A model generated the notes under the pieces. That model saw only the letters and a list, made by a program, of their open reading frames with translations. It ran no database searches and was not told where the DNA came from. Made by a program: the position numbers and the translations under genes. 64,000 nt of DNA from Octopus vulgaris (taxonomy: Eukaryota). Positions within the stretch are counted from its first letter, which is position 1. The number at the start of each line of letters is the position of its first letter. Of the stretch, positions 24,411 through 36,900 are shown piece after piece. The stretch is taken from positions 39,680,001 to 39,744,000 of the forward strand of contig OX597829.1 of NCBI GenBank assembly GCA_951406725.2, read 5' to 3'.

Positions 24411-25174
24411 TGTTACCAATAACGTCGGCGTTAATCACAGGTTTCCACAAGACCCAAACACTAGTTTACAGTATGAAGAATTGAGAGTTCAGACTGAGAC
24501 TCAGGACTTTGATGTTTTCATCAACGGTCTACTGCAACTCTGAGTTAAATACATAGAGTGCAACGAAAAACCAATTTTGACTGACCAAGCAGCGAACATA
24601 TCAAACAGTTGCGCAAGAGTTAAATCGCAAGAACTAGACGGACAATCCTGCAAAATTCGTGTTACATATCGGGCTTGCTCTCTGATGTTTTGGCAGCTGT
24701 TTACTGCAGTAATAGCAGGCTAGGGGCATTGTCAGTCGCGTTGCGTGGACTGATGAATGAAGTCACTGATGAAAAACGCTAATAAGCGAACTCCCGTGGA
24801 CATACGTATGCATCTTTGGCTTTGGTAAAGCATTAAGTGTCTCACATTTCCTGAAGTGTGTTATCTATTTAGCTGTTGATAAACAGTTGGTGTTGTTTCC
24901 ACCAACAGCATGGAACATGCATTGACCTGTGATGGAACACATGGAACAGGGATTGGCTTGTGATGGAAGCCAGTGACAGACGCCAACATTATAAGACAGA
25001 TTGTGAGATAAAATAGATAAATGAATAAATAAAAATAGCCTCAGGCCCGCAAAAGCACTGCGAGTGGATCTGACAGAGGGAAACTGAAAGAAGCCTATCG
25101 TATGATGTGTGTGTGTGTGTGTGTGTGTGCGTTTGTGTGTGTATATGTATATAATATATACGTAATTAAGTATA

Positions 25175-26512
25175 CTAGCAAATCTACCCATCTACGATGG
25201 AGGCATAAAATGAGGAAGGGAAATCATAGTAGCAGTATGTATTGAGAAATGTGTAAATGGAATTGATAGATTACTGGGTGATGTCTTTGAGAAATCACAT
25301 TATTGTTGGTGATACAGCATTCTATTGCAGCTAATGACATGTTATGATGATTCACCCCCGAACCGAAATAGGCTCCCAGCCTCTGTCATGAATGGTTATG
25401 TGGACCACTCCTAATGAAAGCCAGAGCTTCCTGTGACCACTACATAAAAAGTATTAAGAAAAAATGTTATTTAGATATACTTTTATTTTAGTTGTTTATA
25501 CTATTTTACACTTGTTTATACTCATATACTTTCAAAGTTCACAAATTCCCTTATGTAAATTACGAATCCTATTCCTTTCGATAATATCAATATGATTACA
25601 AAACTTCTTTGTAGATGATATTTTTTGCTTGGTTGACACTAATTTTCAAATTTTACTGGAGTCTGTTGATCTACTCATAGCGACGTATAACTGGCCGTGT
25701 GTAGACATCGGAGTGGGTAAAAATACACTTACATGATCTAAAGTCTGGCCCTGTGACTTATTTGCTGTGAATGCGCGAGCGAAATCTTTAAGGTTGGAAA
25801 AAATCAAACTAAGACTAATAACCACTAAATAATCACAAACACTATATACTGATGCATTTTCTTTTTCCATTTTATTTTCGCTATTAACTGTCCTCTCGGC
25901 CCTCTTCGTATCTACGATGGGACCACGAACTATACGATGAAAATCCAGAGTTATCGTGGTCGGTGAACTTTTAATGAAAATGAGAAGGTGGTTTCTTCAA
26001 AAATCGATATTCACGAAATAATCATATTTCTGATTTTTTTTAATGCTAAAAACCTTTCTGTCGACCGTCTTTGTAATCCCGAAAAATATCGTAACCATTG
26101 GTCCAACCGTCTGGCCGTGAAGAGGGAACAGACAAAGAGGCGGACAGACGTTCATAACGCCCATTACAGTAAGATAGCAGATCTGCCCATCTACGATGGA
26201 AAATAAAGGGATAGTACCGTAAATCTAAACCCGCTAAGTTCACGAATTATACAGGTGGGGTAGGGGACGGATCCAGAATTAATCCTTGTCGCCGGAATTT
26301 TAAGAAAAAATTGAAAGGCGATTAATTAATACGAAATTCAATATCCACTAAATAATCAAACTTTTTCACATTTTTTTTGCTAAAAGCTTTCCTGATTACC
26401 TCCTTCGTAATCCCCCAAAACATCATGACCATTGGTCCGGCAGTTTGACCATGAAAAGAGAACAGACAAATAGACGGATAGGCAGGCGGATATAACGCCT
26501 ATTATAGTAAGA
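25175..26512 (-). mobile_element. Head-to-tail pair of Helitron derivatives with a helicase remnant
   Basis: 5' A|TCTTACTATAATAGG at 26512 and 3' hairpin plus CTAG|T at 25175. Internal 3'-end/5'-end junction at 26174/26175. Helicase remnant AFTANKSQGQTLDHVSVFLPTPMSTHGQLYVAMSRST at 25660-25775. Confidence 0.8.
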
Positions 26513-26718
26513 TATGTATATAATCTATCTATCTATCTATAATTATAATTAGGGTTCAGCTAATTGCTTCACCATATACCGAATTTAGAAATAGGAGTTT
26601 AAAATTCCTTTTCTGCTACTATAAGAATCTCCATGACAGCAACACACTTTTTTACGAAGGCAAAGAGAAAAACAATGAATCAACACGATCAGGATTAACT
26701 ATATACGCGTTATTATTA

Positions 26719-26861
<143 letters not shown>

Positions 26862-27142
26862 ATAATTACATATATATTATATACATATATAGGTACACAC
26901 ACACACATGCGCAAGTGACTTTGTATTTTTCTCCACCATAGCTTGACAACCGGTGTTGGTTTGTTTACATCCCCATAACTTAGCTGTTCGGTAAGAGAAC
27001 TATAGAGTAAATACCAGGCTTTAAAAAAAATGTACTGGGATCGATTTGTATTGACTAAACTCGTCAAGTGATTGAAACTCGACAAGTAAAAGATTGGTGT
27101 GTTTAATGAAGATTAACCTGAAGCGAAACAGCAACATCATCA

Positions 27143-27480
27143 GTGGAAGCGCAATGGCCCAATGGTTAGGGCAGCGGACTCGCGGACGGAGGATCGTGGT
27201 TTCGATTCCCAGACTGGGCGTTGTGTGTGCTTATTGAGCGAAAACACCTAAAGCTCCACGAGCCTCTGGCAGAGGGTGGTACTCTTTCGCTCCAACTTTC
27301 TCTCTCACTCTTTCTTCCTGTTTCTTGTCCCCGACTTCCTACGCAACCGCTGAGCCTGGATGCGCCCTCATCCATCCGTCAATGCTCTCAGTGTCGGGGG
27401 TTGACCTGCTTTCCCTTCTGCGGGTCTTACGAAGGACCACGTTTCGGACTTTTCCCACTGGACGAAGACCGCTTCGCTCA
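27143..27480 (+). mobile_element. SINE family A, tail type 2
   Basis: Same head as the other A copies with a different tail. TSD aacagcaacatca. Confidence 0.85.
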
Positions 27481-27798
27481 ACAGCAACATCAACATCAAC
27501 AACGGACATACAAAGAATCACACACACATACACACGTGCGCGCACGCACAAGGAGGCAGCCATCGCCAGGTGGATATCCATTTTTTTTTTTGAATACGTG
27601 AGATTTCAAGGCGGCATGTCTTTAATCTTGTTTATTAAGGAATGTAATTACGTTTTTTTCCCTTCACATTCAGGTGAACAGTATATACCTGAATATAAAG
27701 TTCTTTTGATTTTCTGAAGAGACGCGTACTTTTAACTTTCAAACACATTTTACTTTTCGGTTACACGACCTTACACAAATTTTATTAACAATAATAAC

Positions 27799-27839
<41 letters not shown>

Positions 27840-27939
27840 TTCCTTGTTTTCTTTCTTTCTTTCTTTCTTTCTTCCTTTCTTTCTTCCTTCATTCCTTCTT
27901 TCTTCTTTCTTTCTTACTTGTTTTCTTTCTTTCCTTCCT

Positions 27940-28003
<64 letters not shown>

Positions 28004-28068
28004 TCCTTCTTTCCTTTCTTTCTTTCTTTCTTTCTTTCTTTTTTTCTTTCTTTCTTTCTTTCTTTCCT

Positions 28069-28111
<43 letters not shown>
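27799..28111. repeat. (CTTT)n microsatellite
   Basis: Read directly from the sequence. Confidence 0.95.
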
Positions 28112-28780
28112 ACGTTTTCCTTTTTTCCTTTTCATCTTCTCCTCACACCAGTCTTTTATCTAAACCGATTTCGCCCCCGGTTTTTCATCTTCATCTTCTT
28201 TCTTCCCCCATGCTTTTTCTTCCTTTACTACACTTTATTTTTCTAGATCCTTTCTCCCCCCTCTTTCTTTTTATAACCATTTCGTTCTTTATTTCATTCA
28301 CTCGTTTTTTCATTCAAATTTTTTTTGTTTTTTTTCTTCTTTTTTATCTTTACTTCTCTCTTTCTATCTCCCACCAATTTTCTTTCTTTCTGTTTATATT
28401 TCCTTCTTTCCTATTTTCTTTATATCCTTCGCTCTTCCTATCTTTATTTCGGTCTGCTACCCCACTTCATTTTCTTACCACCATACTAAAATATCATGTA
28501 TGTTCGAACTAATGAAGGATATAATATGTCGTAGCGAAACACCTTTCTACATGCAGACCCTCATCAGAAAGCTTCGAAAACTACACTTCTGCACAGGACA
28601 AATTCTAAACTTTACTCAAAATACATAAATGCAATGAAGCAGCACTATATTTAAGCTCCCTGCATAAATACTTGATTTTTCAAAAATAAAGCAGCAACGA
28701 CGACAGTAAGGATAAAGCCACGAAGACCCTTTACTACTTTTCCTATCAATACCATTATTTTGCATAGAATATATTTTAAT

Positions 28781-29029
28781 CACATTGGGGAGGGGGTGTT
28801 ACTGTAGCTTTATAGCCCCAAGAGAAATTCGTCTCTAGCTGGCTTTAGACACAATATCTGTGTCCTTGGAGTATTTGCAAAGGGAGGCCATCCCTTCCTC
28901 GCAAGCAAGGACACAGATATTGTGTCTAAAGCCAGCTAGAGACGAATTTCTCTTGGGGCTATAAAGCTACAGTAACACCCCCTCCCCAATGTGGTTAGCC
29001 ATGATAAGATGGCTTCTATACTTTACATT
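28781..29029. repeat. Perfect 88-bp inverted repeat derived from the element at 51457
   Basis: 28781-28868 is the reverse complement of 28906-28993. The sequence matches 51457-51616. Confidence 0.9.
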
Positions 29030-29449
29030 ATCGAGCGATTACTGTTTCAATCTCATTCTGAGATTTAATTATGCTCATATTTTAATCGCAGGACAGAAAA
29101 ATAGATGATGTAAACGTATGTAAAAACACCTATAAATAGTACAATGTAACATTAATGACTGCAAAATACATATCTATGCAACGGGAAAACATTTTTTTGC
29201 AATCACAACACATAGCATCTAATATCCTTGATCGTGATCCGATGTAATTAGACAGCTCTATTGGGTATGGAGGAAATCTCATAGCATACACAAAAATCAT
29301 GCAATTACGCATCTAGCACATAGATAACGCAAACGACATTCACAAGATAATAGGAGACGGTTCCCTACAATGAGGCTGAGATACTCGATTCTCTGTTTGT
29401 TTGTTTTTCTTCATCGTATCAAAAGCGCACTCTTTTTTTTTTTTTTTTT

Positions 29450-29836
29450 TACTTATATCTTTTATTTGTTTCAGTCATTTGTCTGCGGCCATGTTGGAGC
29501 ACCGCATTCAGTCAAGCAAATCGATCTCAGGACTTATTCTTAGTAAGCCTAGTACTTATTCTATCGGACTCTTTTGCCGAACTGCTAATTTACGGGGACG
29601 TGAACACACCAACGTCGGTTGTCAAGCGATGTCGGGGAGGACAAACATATAACCACACATACACACACATATATATTTATATATATATATATATATATAC
29701 GACGGGCTTCTTTCAATTTCTGTCTACCAAATACACTCACAAGGCTTTTGATTGGTTCGAGGCTATAGTAGAAGACGTTTGTGCCACGCAGTGGGACTGA
29801 ACCCGGAACTACTTACCACACACCACTCCTGCGCCT
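29450..29836 (-). mobile_element. SINE family C (diverged)
   Basis: Matches the family consensus, with deletions. Confidence 0.85.
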
Positions 29837-29855
29837 AGTCAAAATTCAAAAGTAT

Positions 29856-30087
29856 ATATTTCTTTATTACCCACAAGGAGCTAAACATAGAGGGGACAAA
29901 CAAGAACAGACGAACGGGTTAAGTCGATTCTATCGATCCCAGTGCGTAACTGGTCCTTAATTTATCGACCCCGAAAGGATGAAAGGCAAAGTCAACCTGG
30001 GCGGAATTTGAACTCAGAACGTAACAGTAGACGAAATACCGCTTAGCATTTCGCCCAGCGTGCTAACGTTTCTGCCAGCTCGCCGCC
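29856..30087 (-). mobile_element. SINE family B
   Basis: Full copy with TSD aaaattcaaaa(g/a)tata. Confidence 0.9.
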
Positions 30088-30238
30088 ATAAAATTCAAAA
30101 ATATATTTTAACAGAAAGCACTTTAGTAACGCTTGCATTTTTTTTAGCTAGTGGTTCCACAAATATGCTAATATGTAAGATTCAGTAAAGTCATTATTGT
30201 AAAAATACTAAAATTAATAATTTTCAAATAAGTTTTTG

Positions 30239-30405
<167 letters not shown>

Positions 30406-30563
30406 ATATATATATATATAACAATTGCAGCGTGGAAGGTGTTTATAAGCAATTTAAAAACACACAAAAACCGTTAGATTCACTTCAATATCTAAATTTA
30501 ATTAGTCAAAATATTTTCGTCGCTCTGAAACCGCGACCTGTTCACTGACAAAATTCCGTACTG

Positions 30564-30622
<59 letters not shown>

Positions 30623-31007
30623 ACACATATATGTTTAATGTATCTATATATATATATATATCTTCAATGTATGTGTGTATTTTAACATATTCTATGTAAT
30701 AACTAAATATGTGCGTCTGGTGATTTTTTCTATATAAATTCTATTTATGAAAGCAAGTTGGATTGTTGTTTGTGGACTGGGTTATCTGGTGTTATCCTCA
30801 CTTATGTATTTATCTTTTGTCTCAAGTCTGAAATTCTTCAGCACTTCTAAGTGTAACCTTTAATCTGAGAGAAAATAGGAATTCATCTCATATTCGTTCT
30901 TAAATGTAACTATATATATGTGTGTGTATGTGTGTGTGCGTGTATATGTGCGTGTGTGCATGTATAGACACACACATACACACACATACTCACACACACT
31001 CACGCAC

Positions 31008-31277
31008 ATCACCCGATCGTGTGACCGACCAGATTATCAGATGTTGTTACACATCACTGGTTACACTGCGCTTCGCATTGCTTTAGTTAGTCTTCGAATG
31101 GCAATACACCGACGGTTAGGCGAGCGAGCCAACATTCCCCCGCAAATCGAAAGGAGGATCGGAGCAATGTGAAATGAAGTGTTTTGGCCCAGAACACAAC
31201 GCGCCGCCCGGTACTGGAATCGAACCCACGATCTTCCGATCGTGTGTGCAAACAGCTTAACCACTTGGCCACGCGCC

Positions 31278-31280
<3 letters not shown>
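31008..31280 (-). mobile_element. SINE family D
   Basis: Minus strand has tggccaagtgg (A-box) and ggttcgattcc (B-box), then gtgttctgggccaaaacacttcatttcacattgctcc. Confidence 0.7.
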
Positions 31281-31326
<46 letters not shown>

Positions 31327-31440
31327 TAACGTCTCATATTTTCTCGAAGTTATTTCTTTCCCCAAAAATGATGATATCAGTCTTTCCCGTACGACGACAG
31401 TACATCACCACTGTTTGTAGACGGTACATCACACGCCGCA

Positions 31441-31848
31441 AGGCGGCGAGCTGGCAGAATCCATTTCTTTACTACCCACAAGGGGCTAAACACAGACAGG
31501 ACCAAGGACAGACAAACGGATTAAGTCGATTACATCGACCCCAGTGAGCAAATGGTACTTGTTTAATCGACCCCGAAAGGATGAAAGGCAAAGTCGACCT
31601 CGGCAGAATTTGAACTCAGAACGAAGCGGCAGACGAAATACTGCTAAGCATTTCGCCCGGCGTGCTAATGATTCTGCCAGCTCCGGGCGAAATGCTTAGC
31701 GGTATTTAGTCTGCCGTTACTTTCTGAGTTCAAATTCTGCCGAGGTCGACTTTGCCTTTCATCCTTTCGGGGTCGATTAAACAAGTACCAGTTACACACT
31801 GGGGTCGATATATTCGACTTAATCCGATTGTCTGTCCTTGTTTGTCCT
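31441..31848. mobile_element. SINE family B fold-back composite
   Basis: A plus-strand head (31441-31461), a full minus-strand copy (31463-31683) and a plus-strand body (31684-31848). Confidence 0.85.
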
Positions 31849-32178
31849 ATCAATTCTATTTATGAAAGTAGTAGTAGTGGTTGTCGTGCTAGTAGTAGTA
31901 TGTGGAAAGGGAGGAAGAGGTGGAGAAAGAGGTGGAGGAAGAGGTGTAGGAAGATGTGGAGGAAGACGAGGAAGAGGTGGAGTGGTGGTGTTGGTAGTAG
32001 TAGTAGTAGTAGTAGTAGTAGCAGCAGTAGTAGTGACATTAGTAGTCGTAGTAGAAACAGTTGTGGCGGTTATATAGCGGTAGTTATAGTTGTGTGTCCG
32101 TGTGGGGTATTGGAGGAAGTGTAAAGTTGGAGGAGGTGGTGGTAGTACGTGTGGCAGAGGTGGTAGTATTTTACATGT

Positions 32179-32406
32179 GGCAGAGCTGGCAGAAACGTTA
32201 GCATGCCGGGCGAAATGCGTAGCCGTATTTCGTCTGCCGTACGTTCTGAGTTCAAATCCCGCCGAGGTCGACTTTGCCTTTCATCCTTTCGGGGTCGATA
32301 AATTAAGTACCAGTTACACACTGGGGTCAATATGATTAACTTAATCCGTTTGTCTGTCCTTGTTTGTCCTCTCTGTGTTTAGCTCCTTGTGGGTAGTAAA
32401 GAAATA
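32179..32406 (+). mobile_element. SINE family B
   Basis: Full copy ending aaagaaata, followed by ggtagta. Confidence 0.9.
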
Positions 32407-32496
32407 GGTAGTAGTAGGTGTGAAGCACTTCATTGCGAAATCATTGCAGTTGAGTTGAAGTGAAATGTGGGCGTGTGTGCGCCTGCGTGTGTGTAC

Positions 32497-32535
<39 letters not shown>

Positions 32536-33015
32536 TGTGTGTGTGAGAAAGAGAGAGAGTATGTGTGTGTGTGTGTGAGTGTGCGTCTATGTATGTGTGA
32601 ATATGAGTGCGTGTGTGTGTGTGTGTGTTTTGGCATGGGTTGCATAGGATGTAAAAAGAGTTTAATTGTGAAGTTACGTTACCTCCTGTGTTACCTTAAC
32701 TATTTGAAAACCAGGATGTTTTGAATGTGCTGAAGGTTTTTCTAGTGTTGGTATTTGCAGGAGTATTTTACGTTGCAGTTAGGAGTGTTAGTGAGGTCGG
32801 TTATGGTATGCATATGTTTATTACATTATTATGCTCCGTGTGCTCATCTTTTTTTCTCTCTCTCATTCTGAACGCAGTGATGTGCACAGACCTTCAGAAG
32901 GGAAGCGGCTCAGTTGCAAGAAAAGAGCACTCCCTGAACATTTTCGTGCGTGTGTGTGATGGATATGTAAGTAGCATATATGTTCATATATTGTATATAT
33001 ATTGTATATATATTG

Positions 33016-33051
<36 letters not shown>

Positions 33052-33453
33052 GCGCAGGAGTGGCTGTGTGGTAAGTAGCTTGTTTACCAACCGCATGGTT
33101 CCGGATTCAGTCCCACTGCGTGGCACCTTGGGCAAGTGTCTTCTACTATAGCCTCGGGCCGACCAAAGCCTTGTGAGTGGATTTGGTAGACGGAAACTGA
33201 AAGAAGCCTGTCGTATATATGTATATATATGTTTGTGTGTCTGTGTTTGTCCCCCTAGCATTGCTTGACAACCGATGCTGGTGTGTTTACGTCCCCGTTA
33301 CTTAGCGGTTCGGCAAAAGAGACCGATAGAATAAGTACTGGGCTTACAAAGAATAAGTCCCGGGGTCGATTTGCTCGACTAAAGGCGGTGCTCCAGCATG
33401 GCCGCGGTCAAATGACTGAAACAAGTAAAAGAGTAAAAGAGTAAAGAGTAAAG

Positions 33454-33455
<2 letters not shown>
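33052..33455 (+). mobile_element. SINE family C, full length
   Basis: tRNA-like head (tggctgtgtgg, gattcagtcc) and CORE-like ggcaccttgggcaagtgtctt. Internal (TA)/(TG) tract and a (gtaaaaga)n tail. Confidence 0.9.
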
Positions 33456-33515
<60 letters not shown>

Positions 33516-33633
33516 AATCAAGGAACGGCCATAATAGGCCATTCACCCACTAGAAATAACAGCCAAAGCTTCAACCGCAAAATAACATTAATTCCGCAAA
33601 TCAGGAGAAAATTAAAAAAACATTTACCCTGTA

Positions 33634-33740
33634 ATTTCTTATACGATGCACCGTTTCATCTACTGTTTAATGGTAAACTAACCTGATTAAATTAAATCAA
33701 GCCAATCATCCATAGGCCCTTAGATTCGTCAGTAAGAAAT
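33634..33740 (-). ncRNA. Type I hammerhead ribozyme (left arm)
   Basis: Reverse complement of the motif at 34055-34161. Confidence 0.8.
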
Positions 33741-34054
33741 AGCCAGATCGGAACAGATATTTTCACGAGGCACTTCTGTCCCTTCCTCGGCAATATCTGA
33801 CCTAAAATTTTCAAATCATCGCACTCGCGCCAAATTTATCGGCAGCAAATAAATATAATATAAATATTTTTTTTTTTGCCACCCTATATTGATTAATTAT
33901 GAATTTTCTGGTTAATTCCGTAATGGAATCGGCGGCTTATATTTATTTGCTGCCGATAAATTTGGCGCGAGTGCGATGATTTGAAAATTTTAGGTCAGAT
34001 ATTGCCGAGGAAGGGACAGAAGTGCCTCGTGAAAATATCTGTTCCGATCTGGTT

Positions 34055-34161
34055 ATTTCTTACTGACGAATCTAAGGGCCTATGGAAAATTGGCTTGATT
34101 TAATTTAATCAGGTTAGTTTACCATTAAACAGTAGATGAAACGGTGCATCGTATAAGAAAT
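34055..34161 (+). ncRNA. Type I hammerhead ribozyme (right arm)
   Basis: auuucuua-CUGACGA-aucua...uagau-GAAA-cg-gugcau-cg-UA-uaagaaau. Stem I is 8 bp and stem II is 5 bp. Predicted cleavage after 34153. Confidence 0.85.
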
Positions 34162-34380
34162 TACAGGGTAAATGTTTTTTTAATTTTCTCCTGATTTGCG
34201 GAATTAATGTTATTTTGCGGTTGAAGCTTTGGCTGTTATTTCTAGTGGGTGAATGGCCTATTATGGCCGTTCCTTGATTGTGATGTTGAACTTATAAATG
34301 GTCTATGACTATTTAATTTTTTCCCACTAGGCCGCTGGTGGCAAAAAAATTCTACAAAATTTTTTGCCACCCTATATTGA

Positions 34381-34442
<62 letters not shown>

Positions 34443-34464
34443 GAAATATGTTACGAAAAGAAAG

Positions 34465-34611
34465 AGTGAACACATAGAAAGATGTGCCAGGGATCTTAAT
34501 CCCAATTTCCAAATATTTCCCTTTTACCAATGCTCACAGAACACCACAATGCAACAAAGGTTGAATAAAGAGGCATTTTTCATCAACAAATTTCTCCCCC
34601 AACTAAATAGG
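34465..34611 (+). pseudogene. C-terminus of a second Penelope-like GIY-YIG ORF
   Basis: SEHIERCARDLNPNFQIFPFYQC...RLNKEAFFINKFLPQLNR fits the R..KE..FI..F.P.LN end of GIY-YIG domains in Penelope-like elements. Confidence 0.6.
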
Positions 34612-34895
34612 AACGCACAACTCAATACAGAACACCACTAACTCTTCAATTGAAACCACTAAACCCTATACACTACCTACATCACTCACATCTCTAATTC
34701 CAGAACTACTTACCTCCCTTACAAATACGTTTTGTTCTCTTGCTTTATTATCATCTTATAATCATCTCATAATAATGACCTTTATGACTCGTATTACTAC
34801 CTCAGTCATTCTAAATGTATATATTTGTCGCTACCTGTCATAAATAACCTTTTTCTATTTGCAATATGCATTTTCGTTGATTTTTCATATTTTAC

Positions 34896-34949
<54 letters not shown>

Positions 34950-35009
34950 ATATATATATATATATTACAAATAAGAAAATGAGAACCCATAACCCCTATC
35001 TTACTTTGT

Positions 35010-35062
<53 letters not shown>

Positions 35063-35239
35063 TAGATAGATAAACAGACAGACAGATAGATAGATAAATA
35101 AATTGAAAGAGAGAGAGAGAGAGAGAAGGGGGGAGAGAGAGAGAAGTAGATAGACTAACAAACAGACAGACAGGCAGTTAAATAGATGAATAGATAGATG
35201 GATAGATGGATCGATCGATCGATAGAAAGACAGACAGAC

Positions 35240-35539
35240 AGAGCGCAGTTGAGTGAGAGACCAACAAAATTCCTTGTAATACCAAAAATAAACTCAACGT
35301 AAGGATCATGGCAGCATTCGCCAACTTAAACAAGGAGACCGCCAAGAATAGTTGCAAGAGATTCCAAAGTCGTCTGGAGACCCGTGGCTGAAGCCAATGG
35401 CGATTTCATTGAATAAATTTACTCCTTAGACCATTTCAAGATATTTTTATGTAATTTTGGTAAATATATCTGTTAAAATGAGATGTCAGTGTTATTTTCA
35501 TTTCCCCCGTCATTTAGACGACAATTTATTCACCGCACC

Positions 35540-35542
<3 letters not shown>
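35240..35542 (+). mobile_element. 3' fragment of a DD37D-like Tc1/mariner
   Basis: TNKIPCNTK...IMAAFANLNKETAKNSCKRFQSRLE...EANGDFIE*, then a TIR-like ttcaccgcaccc. Confidence 0.65.
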
Positions 35543-35583
<41 letters not shown>

Positions 35584-35595
35584 GTATGCACTAGA

Positions 35596-36163
35596 CTAGA
35601 CTTCTCGTGACCCGTTGGGTCACTGACGTTTCAGGTTATAAAACATTGCAGCTGATTTCAACATTGCATTGAAATGAAAGTTTATTCCATGATGATTCAG
35701 TTAAATATTTCAGTTCGTTCGTGTCATCACAGGTCTGGTTTACAAGTTCACATTAAAGGTTTTATTGATTATTTACAGCATCTAATAGAAATAGAACTTC
35801 CGGGATAAACTTGAACTCCAATAACAGTATTTATTTATGGCATATGTGCTCACTTCTACAAAAATCCAAACGGAATAGTTATATAACATAAACTTAAATT
35901 CAATGGAAACAATTATCGCAATATTATATATTCACATTTTCAGGGTTATTTACTTTCGAGGTATTTTCCCATTATGCGCTGTTTTGGCTATTTATGAAGA
36001 CACCCCGCTAAGAAACGGCGTATCTCGGGAATCCGTGGTCCGATTTACGCAAAACTTGTTTTATTCCGTTTGTATTCACATTTCAGGGATCTTTTACTTT
36101 CAGAGTATTTTCCCATTACAGATAAGCACGGAAGCAAAGCATTCACAGAGTCTTAATAGTATA

Positions 36164-36166
<3 letters not shown>
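35596..36166 (-). mobile_element. Non-autonomous Helitron-like element
   Basis: 3' CTAG with hairpin gtgacccgttgggtcac, and a putative 5' end ctatatactattaaga. Confidence 0.55.
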
Positions 36167-36244
<78 letters not shown>

Positions 36245-36444
36245 AATTTATATATCTATATATATGTATGTATATAAACATACATAATACATGGATATAT
36301 ACACACATGCGCATATACACATAAACGTGTCTATATATGCATATATATATATGTATATGTATACATGTATGTAAACATACATACATACATAATACATGCA
36401 TATATACAGACATGCACATATATACATACACATGTGTCTATATA

Positions 36445-36526
<82 letters not shown>

Positions 36527-36591
36527 TGTATGTATGTATATATATATATATATATATATAATCAAAATAAGCAACAAGAATGACTCCGGTA

Positions 36592-36681
36592 ATTTGGTAC
36601 AATTGTTTCGCACTACATCATTTTATTAAATGTTGTAAGTATTACAACAGATTTAAGATGATGAGTACTCATCAGCCAATT
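36592..36681 (-). ncRNA. Type I hammerhead ribozyme (left arm)
   Basis: Reverse complement of the motif at 36811-36900. Confidence 0.75.
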
Positions 36682-36810
36682 ATAAAGGTTTTCCATTAAT
36701 ACAAAAGTTTTCAAAACAAGTGGCAAGATTATAGAGAAGGTAGATATACAAACAAAGATGTAGATTTAAATTTTAAGAACATATGAGGTAGTGAAGTCCA
36801 ACCGCTCTAT

Positions 36811-36900
36811 AATTGGCTGATGAGTACTCAGCATCTTAAATCTGTTGTAATACTTACAACATTTTATAAAATGATGTAGTGCGAAACAATTGTACCAAAT
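36811..36900 (+). ncRNA. Type I hammerhead ribozyme (right arm)
   Basis: uugg-CUGAUGA-guacu...agugc-GAAA-caauug-UA-ccaa. Predicted cleavage after 36894. Confidence 0.8.

Larger units (their letters stand above)
33511..34388. mobile_element. 488-bp hammerhead-bearing unit with terminal redundancy plus an inverted partial copy (348-bp-arm palindrome)
   Basis: Arms are 33511-33858 and 33937-34284. ttttgccaccctatattgattaattat is repeated at 33874 and 34362 (period 488). Flanked by (TA)n on both sides. Confidence 0.85.

Noticed and set aside
24745-24805. Two CUGAUGA motifs
   Set aside because: No convincing GAAA plus stem I/III arrangement.
28530-28580. Minus-strand CUGAUGA...GAAA
   Set aside because: Stem II and stem III do not pair.
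30500-30560. Hairpin with GAAA on the minus strand
   Set aside because: It lacks the CUGANGA core.
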